IMG/VR virus record: IMGVR_UViG_3300037297_000066
Location: 248,001-312,000 of that record
Reading direction: 5' to 3' (one strand)
Length of the DNA stretch: 64,000 bases
Within the stretch, counting starts at the first letter, position 1, and every line of letters begins with the position of its first letter. The translations under genes and the position numbers were made by a program. Below, in pieces: positions 1-9,714 of this stretch. Under the pieces are notes generated by a model. That model made no database searches. It worked only from the letters and a program-made list of their open reading frames with translations, and was not told where the DNA came from.

Positions 1-310
1 TCTTTAGACTTGTACCACTCAAGGTAGCTCTGGCTGACCTCGTGGGGATCAAACTCGTTGCATTGCAACAAACTTTGAGCCAAGGCCCGAGCCATCTTGG
101 TATCATCGGTCCACTGGCCAGCTTTCAAGTTAGCGTTGATGGGGCTGACGCTGTCTCGGAATCGCCCATCCCAGTTCATCAGGTTTTTGCCCGTGAAGTG
201 GTGAGTCTCGAAGGGCATTCCGAGAGCATCCCCAATGGCTAGTCCGAGTACGCTCATGGAAGACTCCTCAAAGTCGATCTCCAATTTTGTCAAACGGTGT
301 ACAGTAAGGC

Positions 311-724
311 GTGGCTCTAGGCAAGTACGGTACTCACGGGATTCAGTGTGTTTGTGGAGCGGTAGAACAACTAGCAACACTCGGCAAACACCGGTACGAC
401 AGACAGCCCCAACAATACCTTCCCAAAGGCTGGTCTCGATGGGGCTGGAAGTACTTTCTCTGTGACAAGTGTTCCGAAAACAAGGACCTCCTGGAAGAAC
501 TGCATCACTCCTACGTATCCCTCAGTATCAAATCAAACTCAGGGTCCTGGTGTGTAGATCTGGTCGAAGGCGGAGTGAACCTCTGCAAAGAGGAGACCGT
601 TGTGCTTCGAGTGGAGCCTCGGGAGCCTGTGGTTTACCTTCTGGGGGAACCTTTCGACGGAGGCGTGGAGGAAGCTTTAGCGTCTTCCTTGGCCAAGAGC
701 TGGTTGGCTGAGAACGGAGGCTGA
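311..724 (+). CDS. hypothetical protein
   Basis: 137-aa ORF, stop TGA 2 nt before next ATG. Confidence 0.55.
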   Translation: MALGKYGTHGIQCVCGAVEQLATLGKHRYDRQPQQYLPKGWSRWGWKYFLCDKCSENKDLLEELHHSYVSLSIKSNSGSWCVDLVEGGVNLCKEETVVLRVEPREPVVYLLGEPFDGGVEEALASSLAKSWLAENGG

Positions 725-726
725 CC

Positions 727-1767
727 ATGGGCCCTGAAGAGCTCCGAAAACTCCGGGAGAAAGCAGCCGACTTGCAAGAAGAGATGCTCTCTCATTTACC
801 TCCAGCTCAGCGAGTGTGCCCTCCCAAACGTGATCTTGTCGAGATGGGGAAGGCTCTTTGGACGCAGAGTTACCGTCATAGTCAGGATGATGGAGAAGCT
901 TTCGGCCACCTTTTCTGGTGGTTCCGAGAGATGGCTAAACTGAAGCCCGAGATAGTGCCTTTGGCCTCGGCTTTCATTTTCCTGCCTCAAGAGCAGATCC
1001 TGCAGTGGTGGTCAGCTCGATGGGCAGACCAAGGGTTTCCCACCTTTCAGCTCGGTCACAAGTACGCTGCTGCCCTCATGGCCACTATGGTGCGGCCCCA
1101 GGATGTGCAGGACATCAGACCTCCCTTCAAGGCGTTCTTAATCGAGGTACCCAAAGGGTTGTTGAGCGTCTGTCACACTGAACAGGACAAGCAGTACCCC
1201 ATCATCAAAGTTGCCGTGCACTACAATCTCCGGCCAGATGGTGAAGCGTCTTGGAACTACTCAGCCTTGACCGAAGGCCCAGTCACTACTTGGAAGCATG
1301 GGCTTCCCACAAAGGTTTTGGCAGGCGAAGAGTTTGAAGGAGCTATGGAGGACTGGGAAAGCTACTCTTTCGCTTTCGAATGGGGCGATCAGGACGAAAG
1401 GGTCAACGCTCTAATTTCTCGTCTCATTGTGGGCGTTTGCTTGACGGCTTCCTCTCCGGACGAATCCAAGCCCGTAGGCAAGGGCCACCAGAAGTCTGCG
1501 GGCCAGCTTCGAGAGGGCCCGGAGCCTGAGGTACGTACCTACGTGTTGGGGAAGCCTATCAAGCTAGACGTGCGGCAGGCCATCAAGGACTACGTGGCCG
1601 GAGGTATCAGGAAGAGCCCGAGTGTCCAGACGCTCGTGAGAGGGCACTGGAAGAGGCAACCCCACGGACCTCGCTCATCCCTTCGGAAGTGGATATGGAG
1701 AGAGCCTTTCTGGCGAGGACTTGAGAACGCTCCTATCCTGTGTCGCCCCCACCAGATTGGGGAGTGA
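727..1767 (+). CDS. hypothetical phage protein
   Basis: 346-aa ORF; C-terminal VRGHWKRQPHGP..LRKWIWREPFWRG is a type of motif common in phage hypothetical proteins. Confidence 0.75.
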   Translation: MGPEELRKLREKAADLQEEMLSHLPPAQRVCPPKRDLVEMGKALWTQSYRHSQDDGEAFGHLFWWFREMAKLKPEIVPLASAFIFLPQEQILQWWSARWADQGFPTFQLGHKYAAALMATMVRPQDVQDIRPPFKAFLIEVPKGLLSVCHTEQDKQYPIIKVAVHYNLRPDGEASWNYSALTEGPVTTWKHGLPTKVLAGEEFEGAMEDWESYSFAFEWGDQDERVNALISRLIVGVCLTASSPDESKPVGKGHQKSAGQLREGPEPEVRTYVLGKPIKLDVRQAIKDYVAGGIRKSPSVQTLVRGHWKRQPHGPRSSLRKWIWREPFWRGLENAPILCRPHQIGE

Positions 1768-1773
1768 TTCCTG

Positions 1774-2235
1774 GTGCTGCACAAGACTAAAAGAGACTCA
1801 CCCTCCCGAACTCTTTGTGGGGTATCCATCGACCATCTTGAGGGAGATGACACGTATACCTGCCTGTCCCTTTCTATGGGAGAGGACACCTGTCCCTTGT
1901 GTCACAGTCTCCAGGGATTTGAGGAAGATCTGGAAACTCTTTCGGACCAACAGGCTACTTGTGAAGAGAGATGCAACATTCTGGAAAGAGAAGTAGGCTT
2001 CCTTCGAGAGAGGGCCGATGTCTTGAGCACGGCCTTGGCTTTGATGGTCCTGGGCGACGACTCCCGGGACCGTCGCAGACTTCACGCTATCTCGAAACAG
2101 AACATCAACCTTCGTCTCCGGATCTTTCCGGTAGACGGTCCCCCATACTTCAGGGTAGAAATGCACCCTGGAAGGGAGCCTGACCTTGAGCCGGAATTTG
2201 TCACTGCCTGGGATCGAATCCGAGAAGATGGTTGA
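1774..2235 (+). CDS. hypothetical protein (Cys pairs, coiled coil, C-terminal TAWDRI motif)
   Basis: 153-aa ORF overlapping next start. Confidence 0.6.
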   Translation: MLHKTKRDSPSRTLCGVSIDHLEGDDTYTCLSLSMGEDTCPLCHSLQGFEEDLETLSDQQATCEERCNILEREVGFLRERADVLSTALALMVLGDDSRDRRRLHAISKQNINLRLRIFPVDGPPYFRVEMHPGREPDLEPEFVTAWDRIREDG

Positions 2236-2683
2236 GCGACCGAGCTTCGAGCAGATCTATATGCATCTGGCTTGGCTCATGTCCCAACGCTCGACCTGCA
2301 AACGCCTGAATGTCGGATGTGTGATCGTGAGCCCCGACTACCGCAAAGTCATTGCCGTGGGGTACAACGGCAACGCTACGGGGCTCAAGAACGAGTGTGA
2401 CTCCTCCGAGCCCGGGAAGTGTGGGTGCATCCACGCTGAAGAGAACGCCGTTATCAACTGCGACGTTCCTCGAACCACCCCCAAGGTTGTGTTCTGCAGC
2501 CACTTGCCTTGCAAGATGTGCGCTAAACGGTTGGTCAATCTTGGAGGGGTCCGGAAAGTCTACTACGACGAGGACTATCGCCTTCGAGAGGGCCTCGATG
2601 TCTTAAGAGATGCTGGAATCCGGTATCAGAGACTGTCAGTTCCGAAAACAATCTGTCTCGTGACCGAGAAGAACGGTGTATAG
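2228..2683 (+). CDS. dCMP deaminase family protein
   Basis: RSTCKRLNVGCVIV, GYNG, HAEENA and PCKMCAK zinc-deaminase motifs; ATG at 2228. Confidence 0.92.
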   Translation: MVERPSFEQIYMHLAWLMSQRSTCKRLNVGCVIVSPDYRKVIAVGYNGNATGLKNECDSSEPGKCGCIHAEENAVINCDVPRTTPKVVFCSHLPCKMCAKRLVNLGGVRKVYYDEDYRLREGLDVLRDAGIRYQRLSVPKTICLVTEKNGV

Positions 2684-2690
2684 GGGAGTT

Positions 2691-2972
2691 ATGCCCAGAA
2701 TCACATTAGAGTTCTCTGACTCGGCAATGCGTCGTCTGAACGACTTGGCAAAGGATCCCGCCCATGACAGCGTTCCCAAGGTGATCATGAACGCTCTTCG
2801 GGTATACGACTTCACCTACGATCGAACCTCCAAGGGAGCCAAGATCTTCATAGTCTCCCAAGACTCGACCCAGGAGCTTCAGATGCCTTCCCAAGAAGTT
2901 GGGAAGCAGAAGCAGCAGCCGGACCAGCCAAGGTCTGTGTGGGATCGGATTGGAGACGACGAGGACGATTAA
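2691..2972 (+). CDS. ribbon-helix-helix-like small DNA-binding protein
   Basis: MPRITLEFSDSAMRRLNDLAK..SVPKVIMNALRVY pattern; GGGGAG RBS. Confidence 0.5.
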   Translation: MPRITLEFSDSAMRRLNDLAKDPAHDSVPKVIMNALRVYDFTYDRTSKGAKIFIVSQDSTQELQMPSQEVGKQKQQPDQPRSVWDRIGDDEDD

Positions 2973-4132
2973 GCCCTCTTCGACTTCAGTCCACGTTTCC
3001 TGGGATTGACGGCCTTCCGTACCTCTTCCTTGACCAGCTCTTCTACCAAGGTTTTGAGGGAGGCTGTGAACTCTTCGATGAGGGGACGGGCAGCTCTTTT
3101 GACCCGGGTCTCGAACTTCATGCGGCCGAGTCTACCAACTGGGCTCCGAACTTTTCCACCACAATCTGGACCCCAAGTCGAAACTTGAGCAGGGCCTCTT
3201 GTTCAGAGTCAGTGGCGTCTTTGATGGGGATGGTACTCTCTCCTTCTACCACGGATGTCAGAGCCTGGATTCGGCCTTTCTCAACGGCCTGGAGACTCAC
3301 CCGGATCTTTCGGGGGCTTCCGTTGATTCCGCTTTCTAGAACCAGACGGTGTCCGGCTAGTACTCTTTCGAACGCTTTTTGTACGGCTTGTTGATGCATT
3401 GATCCTGTCCCAACATGTGGGGAACTTTAGGGGCTCCCCGAGAGGCTCGAAGACCTCCAGAAATTTGAACAACGGCCAGTTGACCTTGGTTCTCTGTATG
3501 ATTCCTCGGTCGGTCTGGACCGTCCCCCATCCGTTTTCGTGATGAAGATTCACTTGGAGGACCTCTACCTCGTAGCCGGTCTTTCGGTGTCTCCAGCGAC
3601 GGTAGGGGACCTTCAGGAGTTCAGACTCAAGCTTGTAGTTGGTCCTGAACTCTTCCCAGGTTTCCAAGTAGACTTCCTGGGTTCGCAGGTTGCAGAGGGA
3701 GACCTCTCGCTGCCTTTCCTGAAGGAGCTTCACAAGGTCTCCAGGGACTACGTCCATTTCCCGTAGCCCCTTTCTCGTGCACCTCCAGAGTCGCTTACTT
3801 GGGTCCACCCGTCGCCTCTCGGTAAAGGGCCACGCACTTAGGGCAGACGTTTGTATCCAGCTGTCGTTCGGAAATTTGGACCTCCAGATCCCAGCCTCCC
3901 CACCCCTGCTTTCCTTGGGCGTTGACTTGGTTCGTGGGGACCACGTGTCCACACAAGCTGGGAGTGTCGATTCCTCCCCCGTACTTGGACCCTGCTTCGG
4001 TGAGAGGACGGATGTGCCACAGAGAGGTGGATGAAGCCAAAGAGGACTCACAGAAGCGGTAGCGAGGCATAGGGGGGAGCTCCTTGTAAGGAGGCCGGTG
4101 GAAGAGTTGGAGAAGGGTCTCGCCGACCCAGA

Positions 4133-4420
4133 TCAGGATTCTGAGCATGGGGGATCCTGAATGGCTTCGGGGATGTCGTTGATGTCGCACTCGGACCAAT
4201 AGCCGCCGGCTCCGGCCCAGCACACCATGGGGGGGATGTTGACTCCCTCGTGGGTGTACCCGGAGATGAAATGGTCAACCCTGATTTTGTAGGTCCGTCT
4301 GGAGATGTTGGTCCCTTTGTTGACGTTCCGAACCAAGGTTCCCTTCGGGATGGTCACGGTATCCCCCTGCTTGATGGGTAACTCGTGATCGGGGACGTAA
4401 CCTTCGAATTTCCTAGCCAT
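4133..4420 (-). CDS. hypothetical protein (SH3-like beta)
   Basis: ORF from MARKFEGYVP; LPIKQGDTVTIPKG. Confidence 0.5.
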   Translation of the reverse strand: MARKFEGYVPDHELPIKQGDTVTIPKGTLVRNVNKGTNISRRTYKIRVDHFISGYTHEGVNIPPMVCWAGAGGYWSECDINDIPEAIQDPPCSES

Positions 4421-4676
4421 TGTTCTTCTCCCGGCAGTATTCGCACCACTCTTCTGGATGAGGGGCGTGGGCCTTAGCTCTACCCAAAGAGGAGTGGTTG
4501 AGTACGCTTCCGTGATCTTCACACACAGTTACCCAGGGAAGCTCCCCATCCTCATCGTCGAGATCGGATTGGTCCGCCCTGTAAATCCCCACGAAGGTGC
4601 CTGTGCTTCGGACCTTGTGTTTGTAGGCCAGTCCAGCAATTCCGTGTAGGTGGTACTGTTTGACTGGCCTTGCCAC
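4413..4676 (-). CDS. hypothetical protein
   Basis: 87-aa ORF directly downstream of a conserved promoter-like motif; CEDHG and WCEYC. Confidence 0.6.
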   Translation of the reverse strand: MARPVKQYHLHGIAGLAYKHKVRSTGTFVGIYRADQSDLDDEDGELPWVTVCEDHGSVLNHSSLGRAKAHAPHPEEWCEYCREKNNG

Positions 4677-4677
4677 A

Positions 4678-4712
4678 CCCCTACTACACGTGAGGGGCCC
4701 CGATCTTAACCC
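4678..4712 (-). promoter_or_regulatory. phage promoter-like motif GGGTTAAGATC-N8-TCACGTGTAGT
   Basis: same bipartite motif at 19262 and 20526, each directly upstream of a start codon. Confidence 0.7.
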
Positions 4713-4972
4713 GGGTCCCGAAGTTTCCAGTCCGAGCCGTCGGGGCTTCTCAACTCTGTGCCTGGTACTACCACTGCCTCTACCCTGCCGAAGGGGGTAT
4801 CTAGCTTCTCATCCAGGATCACGATGTAGGTGTGGACTACGTGGAAGGAAGCTATCCCGCCCACCCGTCCTGTAACCGGATCTGGTTGGTTGTGGTAGTT
4901 GTCGGGGATCACCACAGGGGCTCCCAAGGGGACGGACTTGTGCAGAGAGGGTTCTGGAAGGTTGGTGTTCAT
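4706..4972 (-). CDS. hypothetical protein
   Basis: 88-aa ORF. Confidence 0.55.
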   Translation of the reverse strand: MNTNLPEPSLHKSVPLGAPVVIPDNYHNQPDPVTGRVGGIASFHVVHTYIVILDEKLDTPFGRVEAVVVPGTELRSPDGSDWKLRDPG

Positions 4973-4975
4973 GCT

Positions 4976-5791
4976 CTACGATACACCTGGGAGGCTAGGA
5001 TCTTGATCAGAACTCTCGTCTAACAGACGATCCCAGACAGTTTTACGCACTAACCTCTTGTATTTACTTGGAAAACTCTCAAAAGAGGCGCTTACCGTCC
5101 TTTTGTGATCCAGGTCCTCCAGGAATACTCTGCGTCCCTGGATGTCGTACCTGAGGCCAATGAGGTAGGCCCCTTTCCCGTCAGTGTATTCGGCCCCGAC
5201 TTCAAACTTGGGAGGCTCAGGCTTCTCTCGGGCGTAGTGTTTCCAGAACCCTTCCAGAGGGAGGTTGTGACGTTTTTCGTCTGCCGTTTGGTACTGCACT
5301 GTCCGGCGTTGCTCGCTGTCACGATCGACCCCCAGGACCAGTACCGGAGCTTCCAGCTTCTTCCCGGTGACCTTCCACCATTTCTCTCGGGGTTTGGGCA
5401 TCCACTCCAGATCTTCCAGGCTGACTTGGAGTATCCTTTCAGGGGGCGCTCTGTTCGGGAGGTCTTCAGAAGGTAGCCATACCTGTGTGTTCCAGGGCCT
5501 GTGTCCTGAGCACACCTTCACGATGTTGCGTTCAGAAAGGGCTACCCGGAACCAGGCAGGATAAGCGCAGTCCTTGATGTGGCATTTCCAGGTCCAGTCG
5601 GCTGCTTGGACGAATTCCCAGCTCAGGACAAAACTCCTGAGGGACATGCTCTGAGGGTTTCCTAATCGCCCCTCGAAGTACAGACGATCGCCTTCCACAG
5701 AGGTGACGACTGCTTGAGAGAGTTTGTCTGGGCTACGGATTTGCCAGACCTCTCCTACCTGAGGATCATCTCGTGGCATGCTGGTGACCAT
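4976..5791 (-). CDS. hypothetical protein (repeated SH3-like units, C-terminal TVWDRLL)
   Basis: 271-aa ORF; PQVGEVWQ, PKPREKWW and FEVGAEY units. Confidence 0.7.
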   Translation of the reverse strand: MVTSMPRDDPQVGEVWQIRSPDKLSQAVVTSVEGDRLYFEGRLGNPQSMSLRSFVLSWEFVQAADWTWKCHIKDCAYPAWFRVALSERNIVKVCSGHRPWNTQVWLPSEDLPNRAPPERILQVSLEDLEWMPKPREKWWKVTGKKLEAPVLVLGVDRDSEQRRTVQYQTADEKRHNLPLEGFWKHYAREKPEPPKFEVGAEYTDGKGAYLIGLRYDIQGRRVFLEDLDHKRTVSASFESFPSKYKRLVRKTVWDRLLDESSDQDPSLPGVS

Positions 5792-5806
5792 ACACCAACA
5801 TGGTGT

Positions 5807-6205
5807 ATGGTGGTAGCTGTGAAGGTCTTGATCTTCGGGTCACGAGAGTGGTTGAGCCCCGGGCCCATCCGGACGGTTCTTCAGCAGCTGCCCCCGGATT
5901 CGATCGTGGTGGCTGGAGCCTGTCGAGGGGCAGACAACATCGCCGCTCACGAGGCTCGCAAGCTCGGTCTTCGTGTCAGGGAGTACCCCGCTGACTGGGA
6001 CAGGTTCAATCTGGACGCTGGTCCCATGCGCAATCAGCAGATGCTCGACGAAGAGCATCCTGACCAAGAGGGAGTCCACATTGACCGTGCCTACTGTTTC
6101 CACCGCCAGACTGGTCTAGGCAAAGGCAGTCGGGATATGGCAGAACGTGTCCGGAAAGCTACCCCCACAATCCTTCTCAACATCACCTGCAAGGTAAGAG
6201 GATGA
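5807..6205 (+). CDS. SLOG / DUF2493-like (YspA-related) protein
   Basis: VLIFGSR, VVAGACRGAD, YPADW and AGPMRNQQML motifs. Confidence 0.8.
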   Translation: MVVAVKVLIFGSREWLSPGPIRTVLQQLPPDSIVVAGACRGADNIAAHEARKLGLRVREYPADWDRFNLDAGPMRNQQMLDEEHPDQEGVHIDRAYCFHRQTGLGKGSRDMAERVRKATPTILLNITCKVRG

Positions 6206-6828
6206 GCACCAAGATCTACAACGCCTACAGAGTCAAGAAGTCCCGAGACCTGTGGCCTCTTCTACGGGACATCCGACGCATAGCTGAAGCGAACGTTCGT
6301 CGGATGATCAACGAGTTCTACGACGATGTCCACAAGGGTATCAGCACCAAGAGTCCCCTCTACAAAGCGGCCCGGAAAAGAGGTTTGAATCCCTACGAAG
6401 CTAGAGAATCGGTGACTCGTAAGGTGGTGCATCGGGGGTACCGTATCCAAAGCACCACCATGGAACGGACGCTCTTCAACTTCGACGCTTCGGTCACGGT
6501 GAGAGAACACAAAGGTCGCTACTACCTCATCACCTATGCCGACTGGTTCTCCCCAGTGGGCAAGTGCTTCGAGTTCCTCCGAGAAGATCCTCGGCTAGAG
6601 GATTACCACTACCAGAACCAGTGCGATCGTCCCAAAGAGATCAGCGCCCGAGCGTGGAAGGCTCGGGAGAAGGTTTGGGACGCCATTGACGAGGCTGGGT
6701 GGTGGGACTACCTGAGTCTGACTATCTGTGACTGGGACAACTTTCGCCGGATAAATCCTTGGCTGGATCGAGTCAGGGAGTACTACCAAGAAAAAGCTCG
6801 CAAGAAAACCCGGAGCAAGAAGAAATGA
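6202..6828 (+). CDS. hypothetical protein
   Basis: 208-aa ORF, ATGA coupling. Confidence 0.7.
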   Translation: MSTKIYNAYRVKKSRDLWPLLRDIRRIAEANVRRMINEFYDDVHKGISTKSPLYKAARKRGLNPYEARESVTRKVVHRGYRIQSTTMERTLFNFDASVTVREHKGRYYLITYADWFSPVGKCFEFLREDPRLEDYHYQNQCDRPKEISARAWKAREKVWDAIDEAGWWDYLSLTICDWDNFRRINPWLDRVREYYQEKARKKTRSKKK

Positions 6829-7145
6829 ACAAGCTGCAACTAGCCCAATACATTGTTGACCAACTAAACGAGATCTACTCCCATGACCCCGAGGCCCTCC
6901 ATGCCTTGTGTGAGAGCCGGGTCCCCTGCAACGAAGCACTTAGGAAGCACCCGACGGTCCAGGTTCTTGTGGAAGGGGGTGGAACCGAGTCCAGGGTGGG
7001 ACTTCTTGGAATCCTCAACGGGATCGTCGGCATCCAGGACGACGGGTGGGGGTACATATCTGCCATATACGACGAAGATACCATGAGATTACAAGGGTTT
7101 AGCGTCCTGGACAAGACCCCAAAGGTTGACAATACCGAGCTCTAA
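6825..7145 (+). CDS. hypothetical protein
   Basis: ORF from MNKLQLAQ; VGLLGILNGIVG. Confidence 0.65.
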   Translation: MNKLQLAQYIVDQLNEIYSHDPEALHALCESRVPCNEALRKHPTVQVLVEGGGTESRVGLLGILNGIVGIQDDGWGYISAIYDEDTMRLQGFSVLDKTPKVDNTEL

Positions 7146-7217
7146 GTTTACGGCCCGCTGGCCGAAGGTTGACAATACTAGAGTTGGGTTTCCGGACCAG
7201 AGTTCAGGTGTTGACAA
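7122..7217 (+). repeat. AAGGTTGACAATAC direct repeat (x2) plus partial GTTGACAA
   Basis: copies at 7122-7135, 7165-7178 and 7210-7217. Confidence 0.6.
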
Positions 7218-7343
7218 CCTAAAGCCTCGTGTGCACACTATTCCCGAAATGCACGAATCGTAGCTGCACCGCCCCCGATCACGATCCCCTCCTGTTTGGT
7301 CGTTTGGCCCAAAACCCACAACGACTGAAACAGGAGAAGTATC

Positions 7344-7709
7344 ATGAAAGCATATTCGGAAGCGATCGGGAACCTCAGAACGAGAATCAAGGACCTTACC
7401 GAGAAGGCTCGGGAGAACAGAGCGGAGATCGCTCAACTCAAGGAACAGCCAGACACAGGGGTGGAACGCTGTTCTCTGAGGAGCGACTACTGCACGTACA
7501 CAAGGTCGGAGGCTAGGCACGTGTTGTTAGCCTACGCCCTGCTTCGAGGACGCCCTTACCTAGCCCTCGAACGCAAGTGCGTGGAGGAACCCTCCCCCAA
7601 TCGGATCCTGAAGAAGATTCAGGAAGCCTTCGGAGAGGACTACCCGGACTTCTCCCTTCAGACCATTCTCGATTGGCTGAAGGGAAAAGTCGAACAGCGG
7701 GCGGCGTAA
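7344..7709 (+). CDS. hypothetical protein
   Basis: 121-aa ORF with AGGAG RBS; EARHVLLAYALLRGRPY. Confidence 0.75.
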   Translation: MKAYSEAIGNLRTRIKDLTEKARENRAEIAQLKEQPDTGVERCSLRSDYCTYTRSEARHVLLAYALLRGRPYLALERKCVEEPSPNRILKKIQEAFGEDYPDFSLQTILDWLKGKVEQRAA

Positions 7710-8727
7710 CCTGGAACCTGAAGCAGGCAAAAAAGTGGCCGGAGGCTCTCATCAAGGGAGTCTCCGGGTTACCAGGGCGCCCCCGCTACTTGTGGTCTTG
7801 CACACACTACGACGGAGCTCTTTCTGGCGTCTGTCTCCATGAGGGTCGAGAACACTGGTTCGAGTGTGTTTATGACCAGCAGTGGATTGACAGTAGTGAA
7901 GGCGAACCAGAGTTTTTCCAAGGAAGAATCTTCGTACTGATTGAGCTGACAGCAGACGACATCAAACACGAGTACTCCCTTCAAAAACGGTTCAGCTTCT
8001 TCCTGGGAGGGCCCGTGGTCATGTACGAAGAGGATGGGTCTCGAAAGCGTGGCAGGCTAGTCAAGGATGGTAGGTTTGCCAGGCTGAAGAGGCGCATTCT
8101 GAACGGACCTTGGCGTTGGAAGCTCTACAACTGGTCTGTTCGGAACAAACCTAAGAGGGACTACTCCACTCGCAAGGTGGTTGGTTGGTGGGGGACCAAA
8201 GGCTTCAGCTTTGACATGTGCCTGGCTTATGGCCTGCACAAGAGAGGGCTGCTCTGATGAAGAACGTAGCTACTCTGACAGTGGAGGATGTCTACATGAT
8301 CTCCTACCTAGTCATGCGAGGATGGAAGCATCAAGGGTATCCAGACTGCTGGATCAAGGAAGGTTTCTACCATACCAAAACACAGCGGGCCGAGAGGTGT
8401 AACTGCGGCGGGTGTTGGGAAGATGTGGAGACCAATGAATTTGATTTGGAAGAGGCATACTATGTCCAAGAAGAAATTGACGCTAATCCAGACGGCGCTT
8501 CAGCCCCTCAAGCAACAGATTGAGGGTAAGGGTCTCCCTTGGGAGGAACCCTACGTCCTGGAAGAGGCTCCAGACTTTGCCGAGTGGGTCAAGGCCGATT
8601 GCCGGCTCGGGGCCGATGTGAGTTCTGGGAAGCTATGCATGTGGTTCATCACCAAGGATGACCTGAAATGGCAGCATCCCGACTTCGATCTAGAGCACCA
8701 CCTAGGGCTCTATGAGAGCTATGTCCG

Positions 8728-9051
8728 ATGGCCAGAAAACTTTACCTCGTGACCCGTAGCGACCTGCCCTTTGAGCAACAGGCCGTGCAGGCCGCTCACA
8801 GCCTCCACAGCTTCGAGAAGGAGCACCGGGAGGTCTATGTGACCTGGAGGGATGAAAGCCAAACCCTGGCCTTTCTGGCGGCTCCCAATGAGGGAGCTCT
8901 CCAGAGGCTCTTGGAGAAAGCTGAGTGGGCTGGGGTCCCTGCTGCTGGATTTCTGGAACCAGACTTGGGGAACTCCTTGACAGCAGTGGCTGTCGGGCCG
9001 GCCGGAAAGAAACTTTGCAGGCGTTTTCCATTGGCTATCTCTGGTGTATAG
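8728..9051 (+). CDS. peptidyl-tRNA hydrolase PTH2-like protein
   Basis: KLYLVTRSDL..QAVQAAH N-terminus and EPDLGNSLTAVAVGP C-terminus. Confidence 0.75.
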   Translation: MARKLYLVTRSDLPFEQQAVQAAHSLHSFEKEHREVYVTWRDESQTLAFLAAPNEGALQRLLEKAEWAGVPAAGFLEPDLGNSLTAVAVGPAGKKLCRRFPLAISGV

Positions 9052-9058
9052 TCTCTAG

Positions 9059-9334
9059 GTGCCTCCCCGGAATCCTCTCTACAAGGTGGGCTCGGTCATC
9101 GAGACCAGTGATGGCCTGATGGAGGTTCGTCCGGAACGCTACGACTATGAGAACGCCAAACACACCTGCCCTGTCTGCGGGGGCATTGGTTGGGTTTGGC
9201 AAGGAACTTTCACCTGTGATGGGAACATCAACTGTCAGGCCAGAGCTCTCGTAGCCTGCGGTACTGTGTTTGTTCCTGCTCACAATACGTGGCAACAGAG
9301 AGTGCTAGATCAGAAGCATTTGGAAGGAAGGTGA
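9059..9334 (+). CDS. hypothetical zinc-binding protein
   Basis: CPVCGG and FTCDG..C. Confidence 0.5.
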   Translation: MPPRNPLYKVGSVIETSDGLMEVRPERYDYENAKHTCPVCGGIGWVWQGTFTCDGNINCQARALVACGTVFVPAHNTWQQRVLDQKHLEGR

Positions 9335-9351
9335 TCCTGATGTTTTGAACT

Positions 9352-9555
9352 ATGCACATCAATCATCGACGTAAGAACGTCCATCGGGCCAAACACCACA
9401 ACTGTCGGGTCATGCCATTGATGAACTCATCGAGTCCGTTTCGTCAGGTCAAGAATCGAGAGGCTAGACGAAACGCTCGTAATCTCATCAAGGGCGGCCT
9501 CTTCGACAACATTCCTGCGAAGTACCCCAGGAACGTTCGCTGGGAATACTGGTAA
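9352..9555 (+). CDS. small basic hypothetical protein
   Basis: 67-aa ORF. Confidence 0.55.
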   Translation: MHINHRRKNVHRAKHHNCRVMPLMNSSSPFRQVKNREARRNARNLIKGGLFDNIPAKYPRNVRWEYW

Positions 9556-9556
9556 T

Positions 9557-9634
9557 GCTCTCGGACCCCGTGGAAGGGGCGACGGATTCTAACCCCGTGT
9601 CAGAGTGAGGGTTCAACTCCCTCCGAGAGCGCCA
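9557..9634 (+). tRNA. tRNA-Sup(CUA), amber anticodon
   Basis: GCTCTCG/CGAGAGC acceptor, loop TT-CTA-AC, GAGGG-TTCAACT-CCCTC, ends GCCA. Confidence 0.75.
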
Positions 9635-9635
9635 T

Positions 9636-9714
9636 GGGGACGTAGCTCAGTGGTTGAGAGCGGCGAGCTCTAAACTCGTGTCTGTCGGGGGTTCGAGTCC
9701 CTCCGTCCTCACCA
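9636..9714 (+). tRNA. tRNA-Sup(CUA), amber anticodon
   Basis: GGGGACG/CGTCCTC, D-arm GCTC-AGTGGTTGA-GAGC, GCGAG-CT-CTA-AA-CTCGT, ends ACCA. Confidence 0.85.

Noticed and set aside
9557-9714. Pyrrolysine tRNA (pylT)
   Set aside because: Both have GG-containing D-loops and TTC T-loops and lack the short variable loop and 6-bp anticodon stem layout of pylT; no pyl genes seen
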